Under the pieces are notes generated by a model, which searched no databases, was not told where the DNA came from, and was given only the letters and a program-made list of their open reading frames with translations. Of a DNA stretch of 64,000 nucleotides, positions 40,401 to 49,120 are shown one piece after another. This DNA is from a virus: positions 51,312-115,311 of IMG/VR virus record IMGVR_UViG_3300026534_000102, one strand, 5' to 3'. The position numbers and the translations under genes are program-made. Numbering within the stretch: the stretch's first letter is position 1; each line of letters begins with the position of its first letter.

Positions 40401-42812
40401 TCGTCTATATCTGTCTTTTTCCTGTTTAGGTCTAAAAATACCTACACCAGGAGTAGTAAAACTATAAGCTTGAGAAACACTATATTCTGTAGAATTAAAA
40501 TTGTAATCATCATTATCTATATAAAACTCAATTGGTTGATTGTTTGGATACACCATTTCAAATTCTATTTCTTGTGGAGAACTACACTCATCTAATTCTA
40601 ACAAACCAGTATCATTGTCATCTGCAATACGCTTAACACTGATAGAAACAGCAGCCCACTTAAAAAGATAATTAATATCATCATCCCTTACATATACCAT
40701 TATGTAACTAGAATTACCAACTGGACTCCATTCAAAATCCGCAGGTGGAAAAGACACTTTTTTTATAGAGTAGGCGTAAAGATCATACTCTCCCATAAGA
40801 GAAATAGCATGCATACTATGAATTGGTTTTACTTTTACATCTATCACGGGACCTATAGTGGCATAAGTACCTTCAATTTCTGGGGTAGGATTAAAATACC
40901 CAAAAAGCGATTGCGCCAACCCATTTTTACTCGGCTCATAAGTGAAAGATGTCTGCTGTAATAACCCGCCACAAAATTTACTTTGCACGAGTCGATGCCT
41001 AAACTCTATACGATCATCACTTATCTTAACTATAATGACTAAATGGTTCAGTCTATTTAAAATAAGTCGTACAGGATTAGAAATAAAAAATCCAGAAACA
41101 GCGTCCGTAGTTGTTTTACTAACCGCTGATGGAAAATCAATTTTAAAGTTGGAAATTTGAGTAAATAATGAAGTCTCTATCTCTATTCTTTGTTTTTGAC
41201 TTAATCTAGTAGAATTTAAATTATTTTCTACTCCTACTAAAGAATCACCAACAATACTTAAATTAATTAAATACACTTCTTTGTTACGTATAGTTTGTCC
41301 GACACTTACTATAAAATCGTGCCTTGGTTGATTAGTATACTTTACAAAAACTCCATGTGATACTTCATCTTTATTACACCCTACCTTATCACTGTGCTCT
41401 AAATAAGAATCATTAACAAATGGGTATAAAACCAACAACTGATTAAAATCTTCATAAGACCAAGAAGAACGCATCAATGTGGGATAATACAAAGAGGTGT
41501 CGTCTTCAATGGGTATTCCAGTACCATCCTGATCAAATACCGTTGTTGCACCGCTTGAAAACACCACCGGATCTAGTTGTAAATAAACATCAGGATCAAA
41601 GTATTTTAACCAAGCATCTGACGGCATACACATATGTAAACGGTAACCTTGCATAATTCTTTCAGAAACATTACTTTCATCACTATAATGACTAAAAGCA
41701 AACAAATCTGCAGTAGTGGTATCCACCCAATTCGGTCTATTTTCAAAATACCTATCATAATCCCACTGAGAATCCCACTCATTTGTCCAAAACCGTAATT
41801 CCATAATTTGATTTACAGTCACCCTCATACCATTTTCCATGGCATCATTAGTACAATATAACCACTCCCCTGAATAACAAGGACATTTTGTGTGGGCGCC
41901 ATTACAAACAACTCCTCCTGCCTCTGTGGACCAAATCTCTCGTAAGAGCCAAGAATTTGAACCGGAATCTGGGGTGGAATACTTATTTGACACCTCATAT
42001 GGACAAATACACCGGCTTTCAGATAGTTTTATAGTATAAGATTCATTACTTTTATCAATAAAAAACTTAGCACCATAGTCTGAATCCCAAAACAAACATT
42101 TCTGCATGTGGGCTCGCATATTCAAAACTTCAAAGTAAAAAGGAAGCCTAACACCAAAAGAATGACTTTTCTCATACTTAGCCAAAGACCTGTAATAAGC
42201 TTCACTATAAGTAGTAAGTAATTTATATTCACGTATAGCGTCCTCATAACTTTGTGGCAAAGTAAACCCAACACTCATCTGCCACGGCCTATAATATGGG
42301 CAAACTATAGGTAATTTCATAGCTTGACTTACTGAAGAAGACGTCATATCAAGTTGATTTCCACGCCCCATTCCTTGAAAATCACAATTACCTTTATTAT
42401 ATGCTGAACTAAAAGACTGTGATGAAATAGGCTTTCCTTCAGAATCCAAAACCCCAGATAAAAATGGATTTATCAAAACACAATGATATTCTGGATCCGA
42501 CCCTTCACCCGAATATTTAGTACATTCAACTTGTCTGCCCATAAAATCACAATTACCATCATTGTAGGAAGACGGAACATCATTTTCAGTTTGAATTTTA
42601 AAAGTACATTTATTCTCGTCCTTAGACCAAAACCCACAAACATTCGGAAGCCCATTAATATAGTATTGACAAGATGTTATACTTTTTTTTCTATAACCAG
42701 ACTCAATCAAAGCAGGCTTGGCACGTAGATCAAATTCATAGGAGCCAAACCATGTTTCCTGAGGGATATTAACATCTCTAAAAAACTTGCTATTTTTCTC
42801 ATCTGAAGCCAT
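37431..42812 (-). CDS. Large (1793 aa) Cys/Trp-rich hypothetical protein, probably virion-associated
   Basis: Long ORF in the structural region with Cys clusters at the N-terminus and centre. Confidence 0.6.
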   Translation of the reverse strand: MASDEKNSKFFRDVNIPQETWFGSYEFDLRAKPALIESGYRKKSITSCQYYINGLPNVCGFWSKDENKCTFKIQTENDVPSSYNDGNCDFMGRQVECTKYSGEGSDPEYHCVLINPFLSGVLDSEGKPISSQSFSSAYNKGNCDFQGMGRGNQLDMTSSSVSQAMKLPIVCPYYRPWQMSVGFTLPQSYEDAIREYKLLTTYSEAYYRSLAKYEKSHSFGVRLPFYFEVLNMRAHMQKCLFWDSDYGAKFFIDKSNESYTIKLSESRCICPYEVSNKYSTPDSGSNSWLLREIWSTEAGGVVCNGAHTKCPCYSGEWLYCTNDAMENGMRVTVNQIMELRFWTNEWDSQWDYDRYFENRPNWVDTTTADLFAFSHYSDESNVSERIMQGYRLHMCMPSDAWLKYFDPDVYLQLDPVVFSSGATTVFDQDGTGIPIEDDTSLYYPTLMRSSWSYEDFNQLLVLYPFVNDSYLEHSDKVGCNKDEVSHGVFVKYTNQPRHDFIVSVGQTIRNKEVYLINLSIVGDSLVGVENNLNSTRLSQKQRIEIETSLFTQISNFKIDFPSAVSKTTTDAVSGFFISNPVRLILNRLNHLVIIVKISDDRIEFRHRLVQSKFCGGLLQQTSFTYEPSKNGLAQSLFGYFNPTPEIEGTYATIGPVIDVKVKPIHSMHAISLMGEYDLYAYSIKKVSFPPADFEWSPVGNSSYIMVYVRDDDINYLFKWAAVSISVKRIADDNDTGLLELDECSSPQEIEFEMVYPNNQPIEFYIDNDDYNFNSTEYSVSQAYSFTTPGVGIFRPKQEKDRYRRYSKLKWTLDFTIWTYKFEANPQRPETDLPQDTSYAVLDNYRGDVGEVTAPRVGYNKNDSGFVHTYQNVAIPFKFEDLGNEFKISKFKTGPVGVVGFGKAPDGKFVTADAAKLYTYAGTIFFRSVEVNHAYRATAPLQELNPSHGWALAPGGGYSPTGVQRSVYFHAPCGDHLTSAASAEGPMWYPHAACDNKAIYQEWSMCAYCASPYEGTPRNDMRFCGVVREKTWGDMPRGNWASTCGVSCYYLYANFKDESFGGYANLVNSVNEAEYVANKWRLPPFGNFSRNFVDRALCKDYVVYRVDNDFRSAWAPMVADNSMFHVSFNAFDEWSDTNASDPVSFSEPLNYLLCGAISEKIDYKHRLRWEEVFEIRRFVHGAYPKPLIFTPVGTSAIGYTFKESNFAWAWREYWLPIERGENLQNVHLIPPSYAYDIYKKEYRYITDEGKTTISFKAPVREGSKYVDNYPPTLQLGSGPPRMFEFVYENLSEYNDTPLVWLDDYDKKHKVYSEVNSNSKFDHDENTLFDASFSSTPEEAENDGKSRVIGVDMFTGEETKSVFNRGLIVKMSKRDILGFEYSIKNSLFTGDLPLSNIGRSLKEYTWRKTSDFSVVVSEMFITSDELSLESLVVEGIWGYLASDELYVGIPKITITIETPEGKNIELKGYAGKSARAEKISYLENYTLNLKNVITPYTLINWRASTISLNIEIIDDICSIDLPKLSFADQYKNIEDEIKVWERKYYTSTFTNPGPDANPDHKDGVLLPRWGSGAPHFPYEQPFFESGYQSMNKLRGCWASEFFKLLGKTPLSISISTLTKVEKDDQHKEYIKAWQLDLAQADVLNFSSVVPPYFESFLGGLNKTGNPVSINFLSAEFKGPVYRWDDYKAYHNAYKVYPHWRPGGHRWGWDSVVDRVNCMVNPPVIRDIQSPLLAHINHREFMAVDFMTPADSLSWGKVKYEFAVNELLGNLPYDSDQVGNVIASHGIIPASKPHKY

Positions 42813-42815
42813 ATA

Positions 42816-43118
42816 TTAAATTTCCTCTACAGTCATTTTCATTTGGCCTGTGTCTTCATTAACTGTGTACCACACTTTACAATCTTTTTCATAGTAACCA
42901 ATAGATCGAGATTCTATTCTAAAACTCCCAGGAATTGAAGGAATCACAGAGCCTTTTTTTCGCTGAGTATAAGCAAGTTTATTATGTAAGTTCCACTCTC
43001 TACCATCGTATCTCAAAGTTAATCTTTTAATATTTCTTTTAATAACTTTACTCCATGGAATCTGTTCCTCATTCACAACAGTTCCATCATAATATTCAAC
43101 TTCCCATCCTCTAACCAT
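42816..43118 (-). CDS. Hypothetical protein
   Basis: Start most likely ATG 43118 (MVRGWEVEY) behind GGAGG; ORF track extends to 43163. Confidence 0.7.
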   Translation of the reverse strand: MVRGWEVEYYDGTVVNEEQIPWSKVIKRNIKRLTLRYDGREWNLHNKLAYTQRKKGSVIPSIPGSFRIESRSIGYYEKDCKVWYTVNEDTGQMKMTVEEI

Positions 43119-43145
43119 TATCGTACAACCTCCTTCCATATAAAT

Positions 43146-43210
43146 AAAATAGGCAAGAAACACCTATACAGTTGCGGTTTAAAAGCACATATAGATAACC
43201 TTGCCTTTTT
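43146..43210 (-). promoter_or_regulatory. Long interrupted RNA hairpin in the intergenic leader (terminator, processing site or cis-regulatory RNA)
   Basis: Minus strand: AAAAAGGCAAG-GTT-ATCTATA-TG-TGC-[TTTTAAACC]-GCA-ACTG-TATAGGT-GTTT-CTTGCCTATTTT. Confidence 0.55.
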
Positions 43211-43281
43211 ATAAAAATCTTTATGTGACAATATAATTTTACTACCTCAACTTAAAGGTATCCATGGAACTTTGCTAAAAA

Positions 43282-44811
43282 TTAACTATAATCAAAGAAT
43301 ATACGATAATTAATCGTACTATTCGCACCTACTTCACTAGCTCCAAGATGTATACACAACCAAATTGGATCTGCTGTCATCCCATAATAAGTGCTTCCAC
43401 CAATACTTTCACTCGTGTCTGCATCAGCCACCACATGCAAATTCTCACGTGTAGCGTATAAATATGAAGGAGGAGTATCACTCGAAATATCATTGGGTAT
43501 TACATTGGATCTCCACTCTTTACCAGAAATTGGTGATGTGCCTGCATTATTTCCAGGACCAACCGTACCAAATCTAAATTTAGTATCATTGTTACCTTGA
43601 GTATGATGTACAAAACTTCCATGGTTTTGAAGTCCAAACTTTACAGTACTAATTTCTATAGCCCCAGACAAAATTTCAAACATAACATTTTTAACAGGAG
43701 ATTCAGTAGACACGGTCACATTTCCATAATTCAAATTGGTTATGTCGTACGATTTTGGTTGCGGTGCCCTGCACAGAATTCTAAATTCATCGCCCGCATT
43801 AAAATTACTAGTCCCAGTAAATTTTATATATAAGCCACGGGTTCCAAGTTGAGTAAATGAATTTGAAGACGTGGTGTAAGTACTAGTAGCATTATCTCCT
43901 CTATCACTACCCCAAAAATACTTAGCTGTGCCTGCAGGAGCTGAAGTATTACTGCCTTCTGCATATTGGACAGCATTACAAACAATTGTCCACGCTGGAT
44001 CACAAGTATTAAATACAGCATCAGTAAATTTAACCATTAATCCTTTGGTGCCGAGCTTATACCAATAGTTGGGATACAACAATTCAACCGGACCGCCATT
44101 ATCTACATTACCCGTAGACACCCAAGACAGAGTAGGTACATTCCCTGTGCCCGCACCCATAGTTGTACCATTTGAAGTATCAATGGATAGAGTATAGGTT
44201 ATAGCCGTATTATAGTTATAGGCACCACCAGCAGTTATGGAGCCGCTGTAAGAATTAGAACCGCCTTTAGTAGGAGTTTGAACGGGAATTTCAGTATCAA
44301 TTACTATTTTGTAAACTTCATCAAAAAACCCATCATAAGTACCCGAAATCGTAATTCCTCCATTATAACTATTATTTGAAGCCAAGCCACCGACCTCTGT
44401 CTTAGTACCAAAACCAAGTGTTAAATGGGCAGTATTTGTTCCACTTACCACAGAAGCACTGGACGAAGATCCTAAAGTTCCAGAATATAATTTGAATGCA
44501 TTGTTTTCCCACACACATTTTGCATGTTGATGTTTAGTAGAAGCCTCATTTAAATTATGTATTTTTTCACTTATATCTTTGGCAATAAAACGCGGGTCCA
44601 AATCAGTGCCACTAACTATTGTTACATATTCTGTGGTAACACCATCTAAAGTAAAGTGTAGTCTATTATTACTATAAGCTATACCAAAAGTGTCACCAAC
44701 ACTAGCCGTAGCCAAAGCATAGCCTCTAGTCCCCAAACCATCACTTCCTCCCGTAGATGCTACTCCTGAAGCAGTTACATCATATTCTACCCACCTAGTT
44801 ATAGCTGTCAT
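43282..44811 (-). CDS. Putative virion structural protein (Gly/Thr/Ser-rich, internal repeat)
   Basis: KLGTKGLMVKFT / QLGTRGLYIKFT repeat; N-terminal domain shared with two other genes; GGAGG RBS. Confidence 0.65.
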   Translation of the reverse strand: MTAITRWVEYDVTASGVASTGGSDGLGTRGYALATASVGDTFGIAYSNNRLHFTLDGVTTEYVTIVSGTDLDPRFIAKDISEKIHNLNEASTKHQHAKCVWENNAFKLYSGTLGSSSSASVVSGTNTAHLTLGFGTKTEVGGLASNNSYNGGITISGTYDGFFDEVYKIVIDTEIPVQTPTKGGSNSYSGSITAGGAYNYNTAITYTLSIDTSNGTTMGAGTGNVPTLSWVSTGNVDNGGPVELLYPNYWYKLGTKGLMVKFTDAVFNTCDPAWTIVCNAVQYAEGSNTSAPAGTAKYFWGSDRGDNATSTYTTSSNSFTQLGTRGLYIKFTGTSNFNAGDEFRILCRAPQPKSYDITNLNYGNVTVSTESPVKNVMFEILSGAIEISTVKFGLQNHGSFVHHTQGNNDTKFRFGTVGPGNNAGTSPISGKEWRSNVIPNDISSDTPPSYLYATRENLHVVADADTSESIGGSTYYGMTADPIWLCIHLGASEVGANSTINYRIFFDYS

Positions 44812-44834
44812 AAAACATTACCTCCTTTAATACC

Positions 44835-46421
44835 TTATACGGTATCTTTTTTATCTAAATTTTCAACTTTAAATTTAAGAATGAATGGTGGCATCTCATT
44901 CCCATTAAAGTCTTTTACAGTTACTTCCATTTTAAATATCTTATCATAAAAATACGCAGTGCTATTTGGATAAATAGACGTAGACAAATCTGAATTGCCT
45001 TTTGATCCGCTACGTAAAGCAGTTATACTAGCAGACAAATCACTTAATACATGATTTTTACTAACAAACCAAAATCCAAACGCGGTATCAATCGGACATT
45101 CCAATAAATTAGAAGCTTCTACTCTAACTCCTATTTTATTTTCAAATCCATAATCAATTCCACCAACTTTTGAATTATCATACCCTACTACATATCCAAA
45201 GGTTACATAAAAATCTCTAGTTAATACATCCCCGTTACTATTTTGCCCGCGGGCGGTAATTTTAGTGGGGCCTGAAACTGATCCAAAATTATCAGGAGAA
45301 TTATAACACATCCTATATCCATCACTTAAAGCTGTGTAAGTACAAGCAACAGGAATATCATCAACTAAAAAATAAGTCCCAGATGTAACGACAGGGTATA
45401 AAGCATCATGAACATCAATACATAAAGTGCCTGAAGCAGGGATAAATTCTCCCACACCAACATTAAAATTATCAAAATACATTGAAAACAGACCAACATC
45501 TATACCCAAACCAGCTTCTTTATGAACGCTGGACCAAACATCAAAGTCTAATTTAGGAACGTGTCCTAATATAGAAATTACATCGGTATCTATACTTGAA
45601 ATACTTAATGATGTAGCTAACACATCACAAAAATAGTTCTTTAAAGATAATTTAGTGGAAAACAAATCCCCCCGTATTCCAGTTAATCCTCCAGAAATAC
45701 AAGTACTTTCAAAGTAAAAATTAAGGTTATTACCTTGTTGTATATTTTCTAAAACAGAATAAATATCAGCAGTTAAATACCCTGGAACCCATCCTGAAAA
45801 TACCACATCAATGTAGTTGCTCAATATACCACTATTAGTATTTGCTTCTGTTTCGTAGTCATTATATATATATCGTATTCCACTATAACTAGGAATAGGA
45901 ACTCCGCCATGAATAAAATCATATGCCCCAGTAAAATTTAAATACTTCATGTTTACATTTTCTGTACCACTGGAGGCCAGTATACTTTTTAATCCTACAG
46001 AAACAGACGAAGTAGTCTCTAATAAGGAATCACTAGTAAATGTTATATAAATTATCTGATCACCTAACGAGTAATCATGTTTATTAAAATACTCTATTAT
46101 GGCGGACGTCGTTCCAGACAAACTTGCTGAAGAAGTTGTATATTCCAAGCCTACCGCTGTACTTGAATCTAATAAAGATTGTTCCCTAAAATACTCTACA
46201 ACATACATCAAAGGCACACCGCTCACGGTTGGAGCTGTGGAATAAAGAGTGGTTATATTTTGTTCAACTTCCTGAGGAACCAGATATGCCAACGAAACTA
46301 TCAAATCTCGTCCACCAACATTATCTGCGCGTTCAAAATCAGTTTCTATAACAACCTCATTCCCTTCCCCAACATGTGGTGATAAGAATGAGGAGTCTAT
46401 ATAAATGTCAGAAGTGGCCAT
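44835..46421 (-). CDS. Putative virion protein with C-terminal Ig-like modules
   Basis: Acidic and S/T-rich; VTVKDFNGNEM; SDLSASI/SDLSTSI repeats like those in 14081-16192. Confidence 0.6.
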   Translation of the reverse strand: MATSDIYIDSSFLSPHVGEGNEVVIETDFERADNVGGRDLIVSLAYLVPQEVEQNITTLYSTAPTVSGVPLMYVVEYFREQSLLDSSTAVGLEYTTSSASLSGTTSAIIEYFNKHDYSLGDQIIYITFTSDSLLETTSSVSVGLKSILASSGTENVNMKYLNFTGAYDFIHGGVPIPSYSGIRYIYNDYETEANTNSGILSNYIDVVFSGWVPGYLTADIYSVLENIQQGNNLNFYFESTCISGGLTGIRGDLFSTKLSLKNYFCDVLATSLSISSIDTDVISILGHVPKLDFDVWSSVHKEAGLGIDVGLFSMYFDNFNVGVGEFIPASGTLCIDVHDALYPVVTSGTYFLVDDIPVACTYTALSDGYRMCYNSPDNFGSVSGPTKITARGQNSNGDVLTRDFYVTFGYVVGYDNSKVGGIDYGFENKIGVRVEASNLLECPIDTAFGFWFVSKNHVLSDLSASITALRSGSKGNSDLSTSIYPNSTAYFYDKIFKMEVTVKDFNGNEMPPFILKFKVENLDKKDTV

Positions 46422-46432
46422 AGTATAAACCT

Positions 46433-47944
46433 TTATGTGTAACTGTAATGCAATACAATCACAAAATCATGAACTCCATATGGCACGGAAGTATCTATAA
46501 CTAAATGTGGTTTAAATATTAGAAAGTCTCCTATTACATTTGATTGTGGACGGTATACTAAATCAAAATCACCATAGTAATACTTTGTCCCGTTATAAAC
46601 AGTGTTCCCTTTAAAAATTCTATTGTGTATTGGAGCAAAAACATAATTTAATGGGCTGTAACTTTCTTGCGGGTCATTAACATCATTCGTAGCACAAAAA
46701 GCCAATGATGAGACACGAACCCTGTCATTCGCAATGAGGTTATTTAGTGTAGTACTATGAGTAACATCATCCCAAGCTGTAAGTCTACAATTATAAGCCT
46801 CTCCAGCTGTAACCGTAAACACAACGGAGTCTTCTGTACTATAATCAATTTTACCAGTTAAAGTGCCCCAAGACTTTAATTCCGAGCCATCAGAAATAAT
46901 ACCAGAACCAGTAACATGATCCACTTCCATTTTGTAAGTGCCGTTTCCCAGGTCTGTAATATCATCTACAAAAACTATCTTTGCTGAACCATCATCAGCA
47001 AAAGCATACAATGGCTTCACTCGTGTACTAATGTCATTATAAGCAAATTTGTAAAACTTCAAATTTCTTATAGCATACCTACTTCTATCAAAAACCCCAG
47101 TACTTAAACTATCATTATTATCTATCAATATTCTATAATATTTAAAGTAATTATCATTACTACTTAAATATAAATAACTGTCTATGTCGGTAGAATTAGC
47201 TACAGTCATTAATGTCGTCCAAGAATCCTCAGAATTTAATTTTCCTTCTATTTTATAATTTCCTATAGACCATCTATGATAAGTATCAGCACTAACATTA
47301 TGATAATAAAAGCTGCCAAATGTTATCTTAGTTATTTTATACGGTCTGTCAAACGTAAACTCAATAAAACATTCTTTATCACTACCAATCACTTGAACTG
47401 CCCAACAATGTTCTGTAATCTCATCACTAGGAGCAAGGGTGAATGTGTAATCTGCTATGGTTTTATTTTCACTGCTTCCACCATTATTAGTATATACATC
47501 ATCTGTATATAAATAATCTAAATTTCCAGAAGTATACTCAACTTTTACAAGTGTGTTTTCTATATGAGGGTCCTTAGTGATTTCTGTATATCCCACGGCT
47601 GAACAACCAACTCCCTCTTTTATATAATCATAATAGACCTCATAATTAGCAGTAGTTCCCGTAATAGTTATATATTGCGGTTGAGTATCCAAATCATATT
47701 CCTCGGAGATAGAAATGTAATTATAATAATCAGTACTCGTAGATTCCTGTTTCATAGCTATTCTATACATATTTGTGGTATCTTCATACCACATCCCTAA
47801 ATCTCCCTGCCCAGGCAAAATATGGGATCTTGTACCAGCAGTATTTGGAGTAGCCATATTAGGACTTGTATAAACAACCTTTGCTAAATCATGCCACTGC
47901 AAATTATGGCTTTCATAAAATTTTGTAGTAATAGTTACAGCCAT
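46433..47944 (-). CDS. Putative virion protein with discoidin-like domain
   Basis: IEFTFDRPYKITKI...YKIEGK...WTTL...FKYYRILI; C-terminal LTAWDD domain. Confidence 0.6.
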   Translation of the reverse strand: MAVTITTKFYESHNLQWHDLAKVVYTSPNMATPNTAGTRSHILPGQGDLGMWYEDTTNMYRIAMKQESTSTDYYNYISISEEYDLDTQPQYITITGTTANYEVYYDYIKEGVGCSAVGYTEITKDPHIENTLVKVEYTSGNLDYLYTDDVYTNNGGSSENKTIADYTFTLAPSDEITEHCWAVQVIGSDKECFIEFTFDRPYKITKITFGSFYYHNVSADTYHRWSIGNYKIEGKLNSEDSWTTLMTVANSTDIDSYLYLSSNDNYFKYYRILIDNNDSLSTGVFDRSRYAIRNLKFYKFAYNDISTRVKPLYAFADDGSAKIVFVDDITDLGNGTYKMEVDHVTGSGIISDGSELKSWGTLTGKIDYSTEDSVVFTVTAGEAYNCRLTAWDDVTHSTTLNNLIANDRVRVSSLAFCATNDVNDPQESYSPLNYVFAPIHNRIFKGNTVYNGTKYYYGDFDLVYRPQSNVIGDFLIFKPHLVIDTSVPYGVHDFVIVLHYSYT

Positions 47945-47955
47945 TAGACTTCCTC

Positions 47956-48417
47956 CTAACTAGTATATTTCCAAGACTTATCTTTTTCTATATTATCAGG
48001 TATCGGTTCTCTACTCCACACCCTATCCCCAATTTTGTATTTAGAAAACAAATCTTGTATTAAAATAATCTTGTCTATTACAATGCTATTAGTATCTAAA
48101 CATTGTACTCTTATTGAATGGAAGATCCTACTCCCATCCATCCCAACACTACATTCTATAAGAGGTTTATAGGCCTTATATCGTGGAATTTCTATTAATT
48201 GACCAGTACTTAAGATATACTCTAGTCTGCTCAAGCCCTGTGGGATATCATCCCATCCTGTTACAAATAAGTTATTTCCAGTTATTACTGATCTATTAGG
48301 ATACGTAGCAATAAAATGACATTTATATGGATTAACACTTATAACTTTATTATAAGTTCCATAAATCCTACCATCTTCTTTTGTAACATGTTTAAAATTA
48401 GGCAGATTTAAGTCCAT
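47956..48417 (-). CDS. Hypothetical protein
   Basis: 153 aa; GAGGAG RBS. Confidence 0.7.
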   Translation of the reverse strand: MDLNLPNFKHVTKEDGRIYGTYNKVISVNPYKCHFIATYPNRSVITGNNLFVTGWDDIPQGLSRLEYILSTGQLIEIPRYKAYKPLIECSVGMDGSRIFHSIRVQCLDTNSIVIDKIILIQDLFSKYKIGDRVWSREPIPDNIEKDKSWKYTS

Positions 48418-48430
48418 CGTTGTCTCCTCA

Positions 48431-49108
48431 TTATGTATATAAATATCTAAACCCCAAAATAGGAGTATTATGAAATATAGAACAATCCGTTTCTAATCTA
48501 ATATAAATATTGTAATATACAGCCTCGTCCTCAATATATGACGCATTTTTTAAACCAAGTCTATACTGTGTTCCTCTTAAATAAGTAGCCTCAGAGTCAT
48601 CTCCAGACCATTCAGGATGCCAGGGCGGAGTATTTTGTGTAGTTCTAATAGCGTTTATTAGGCTTTTCCAATTGCTATTTGAAGTACCCACCAATACTTC
48701 ACTATTAGTAGTTGTAAATGTCGAATCATCCCAAGCTTCTAAATAAATATCAGACTCTACTCGTCCCTCAACATAAACCCCAAACACATATCTAAAAGGA
48801 GAATAATTCCCGCCGCCAAAACCAGCCAAAGGAACATTATACATCAACGTACTGGTCTCTATATATGTTTGAGGAATCACATATGAATTTAGATCTGGTT
48901 TTATAGTGGCGTCTCTAGTACCAGAGGCACAGGTAGGTGTAGGTAATGTCCCCAAAATACCACCACCAGTAAAAATCATTTTGTCTGTTATAATGTTTGT
49001 CCCAGACACAGTACTCATAGTTTTCCAATCACCTTGTGGACCAACAATACCAGGATAAGCTGTGTCATTTGTTCCATGATTATAAATAAAATGTAATTTT
49101 GGTTCCAT
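48431..49108 (-). CDS. Putative virion protein (LEAWDD domain)
   Basis: Paralogous to the C-terminus of 46433-47944. Confidence 0.6.
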   Translation of the reverse strand: MEPKLHFIYNHGTNDTAYPGIVGPQGDWKTMSTVSGTNIITDKMIFTGGGILGTLPTPTCASGTRDATIKPDLNSYVIPQTYIETSTLMYNVPLAGFGGGNYSPFRYVFGVYVEGRVESDIYLEAWDDSTFTTTNSEVLVGTSNSNWKSLINAIRTTQNTPPWHPEWSGDDSEATYLRGTQYRLGLKNASYIEDEAVYYNIYIRLETDCSIFHNTPILGFRYLYT

Positions 49109-49120
49109 AAAAACTTCTCC

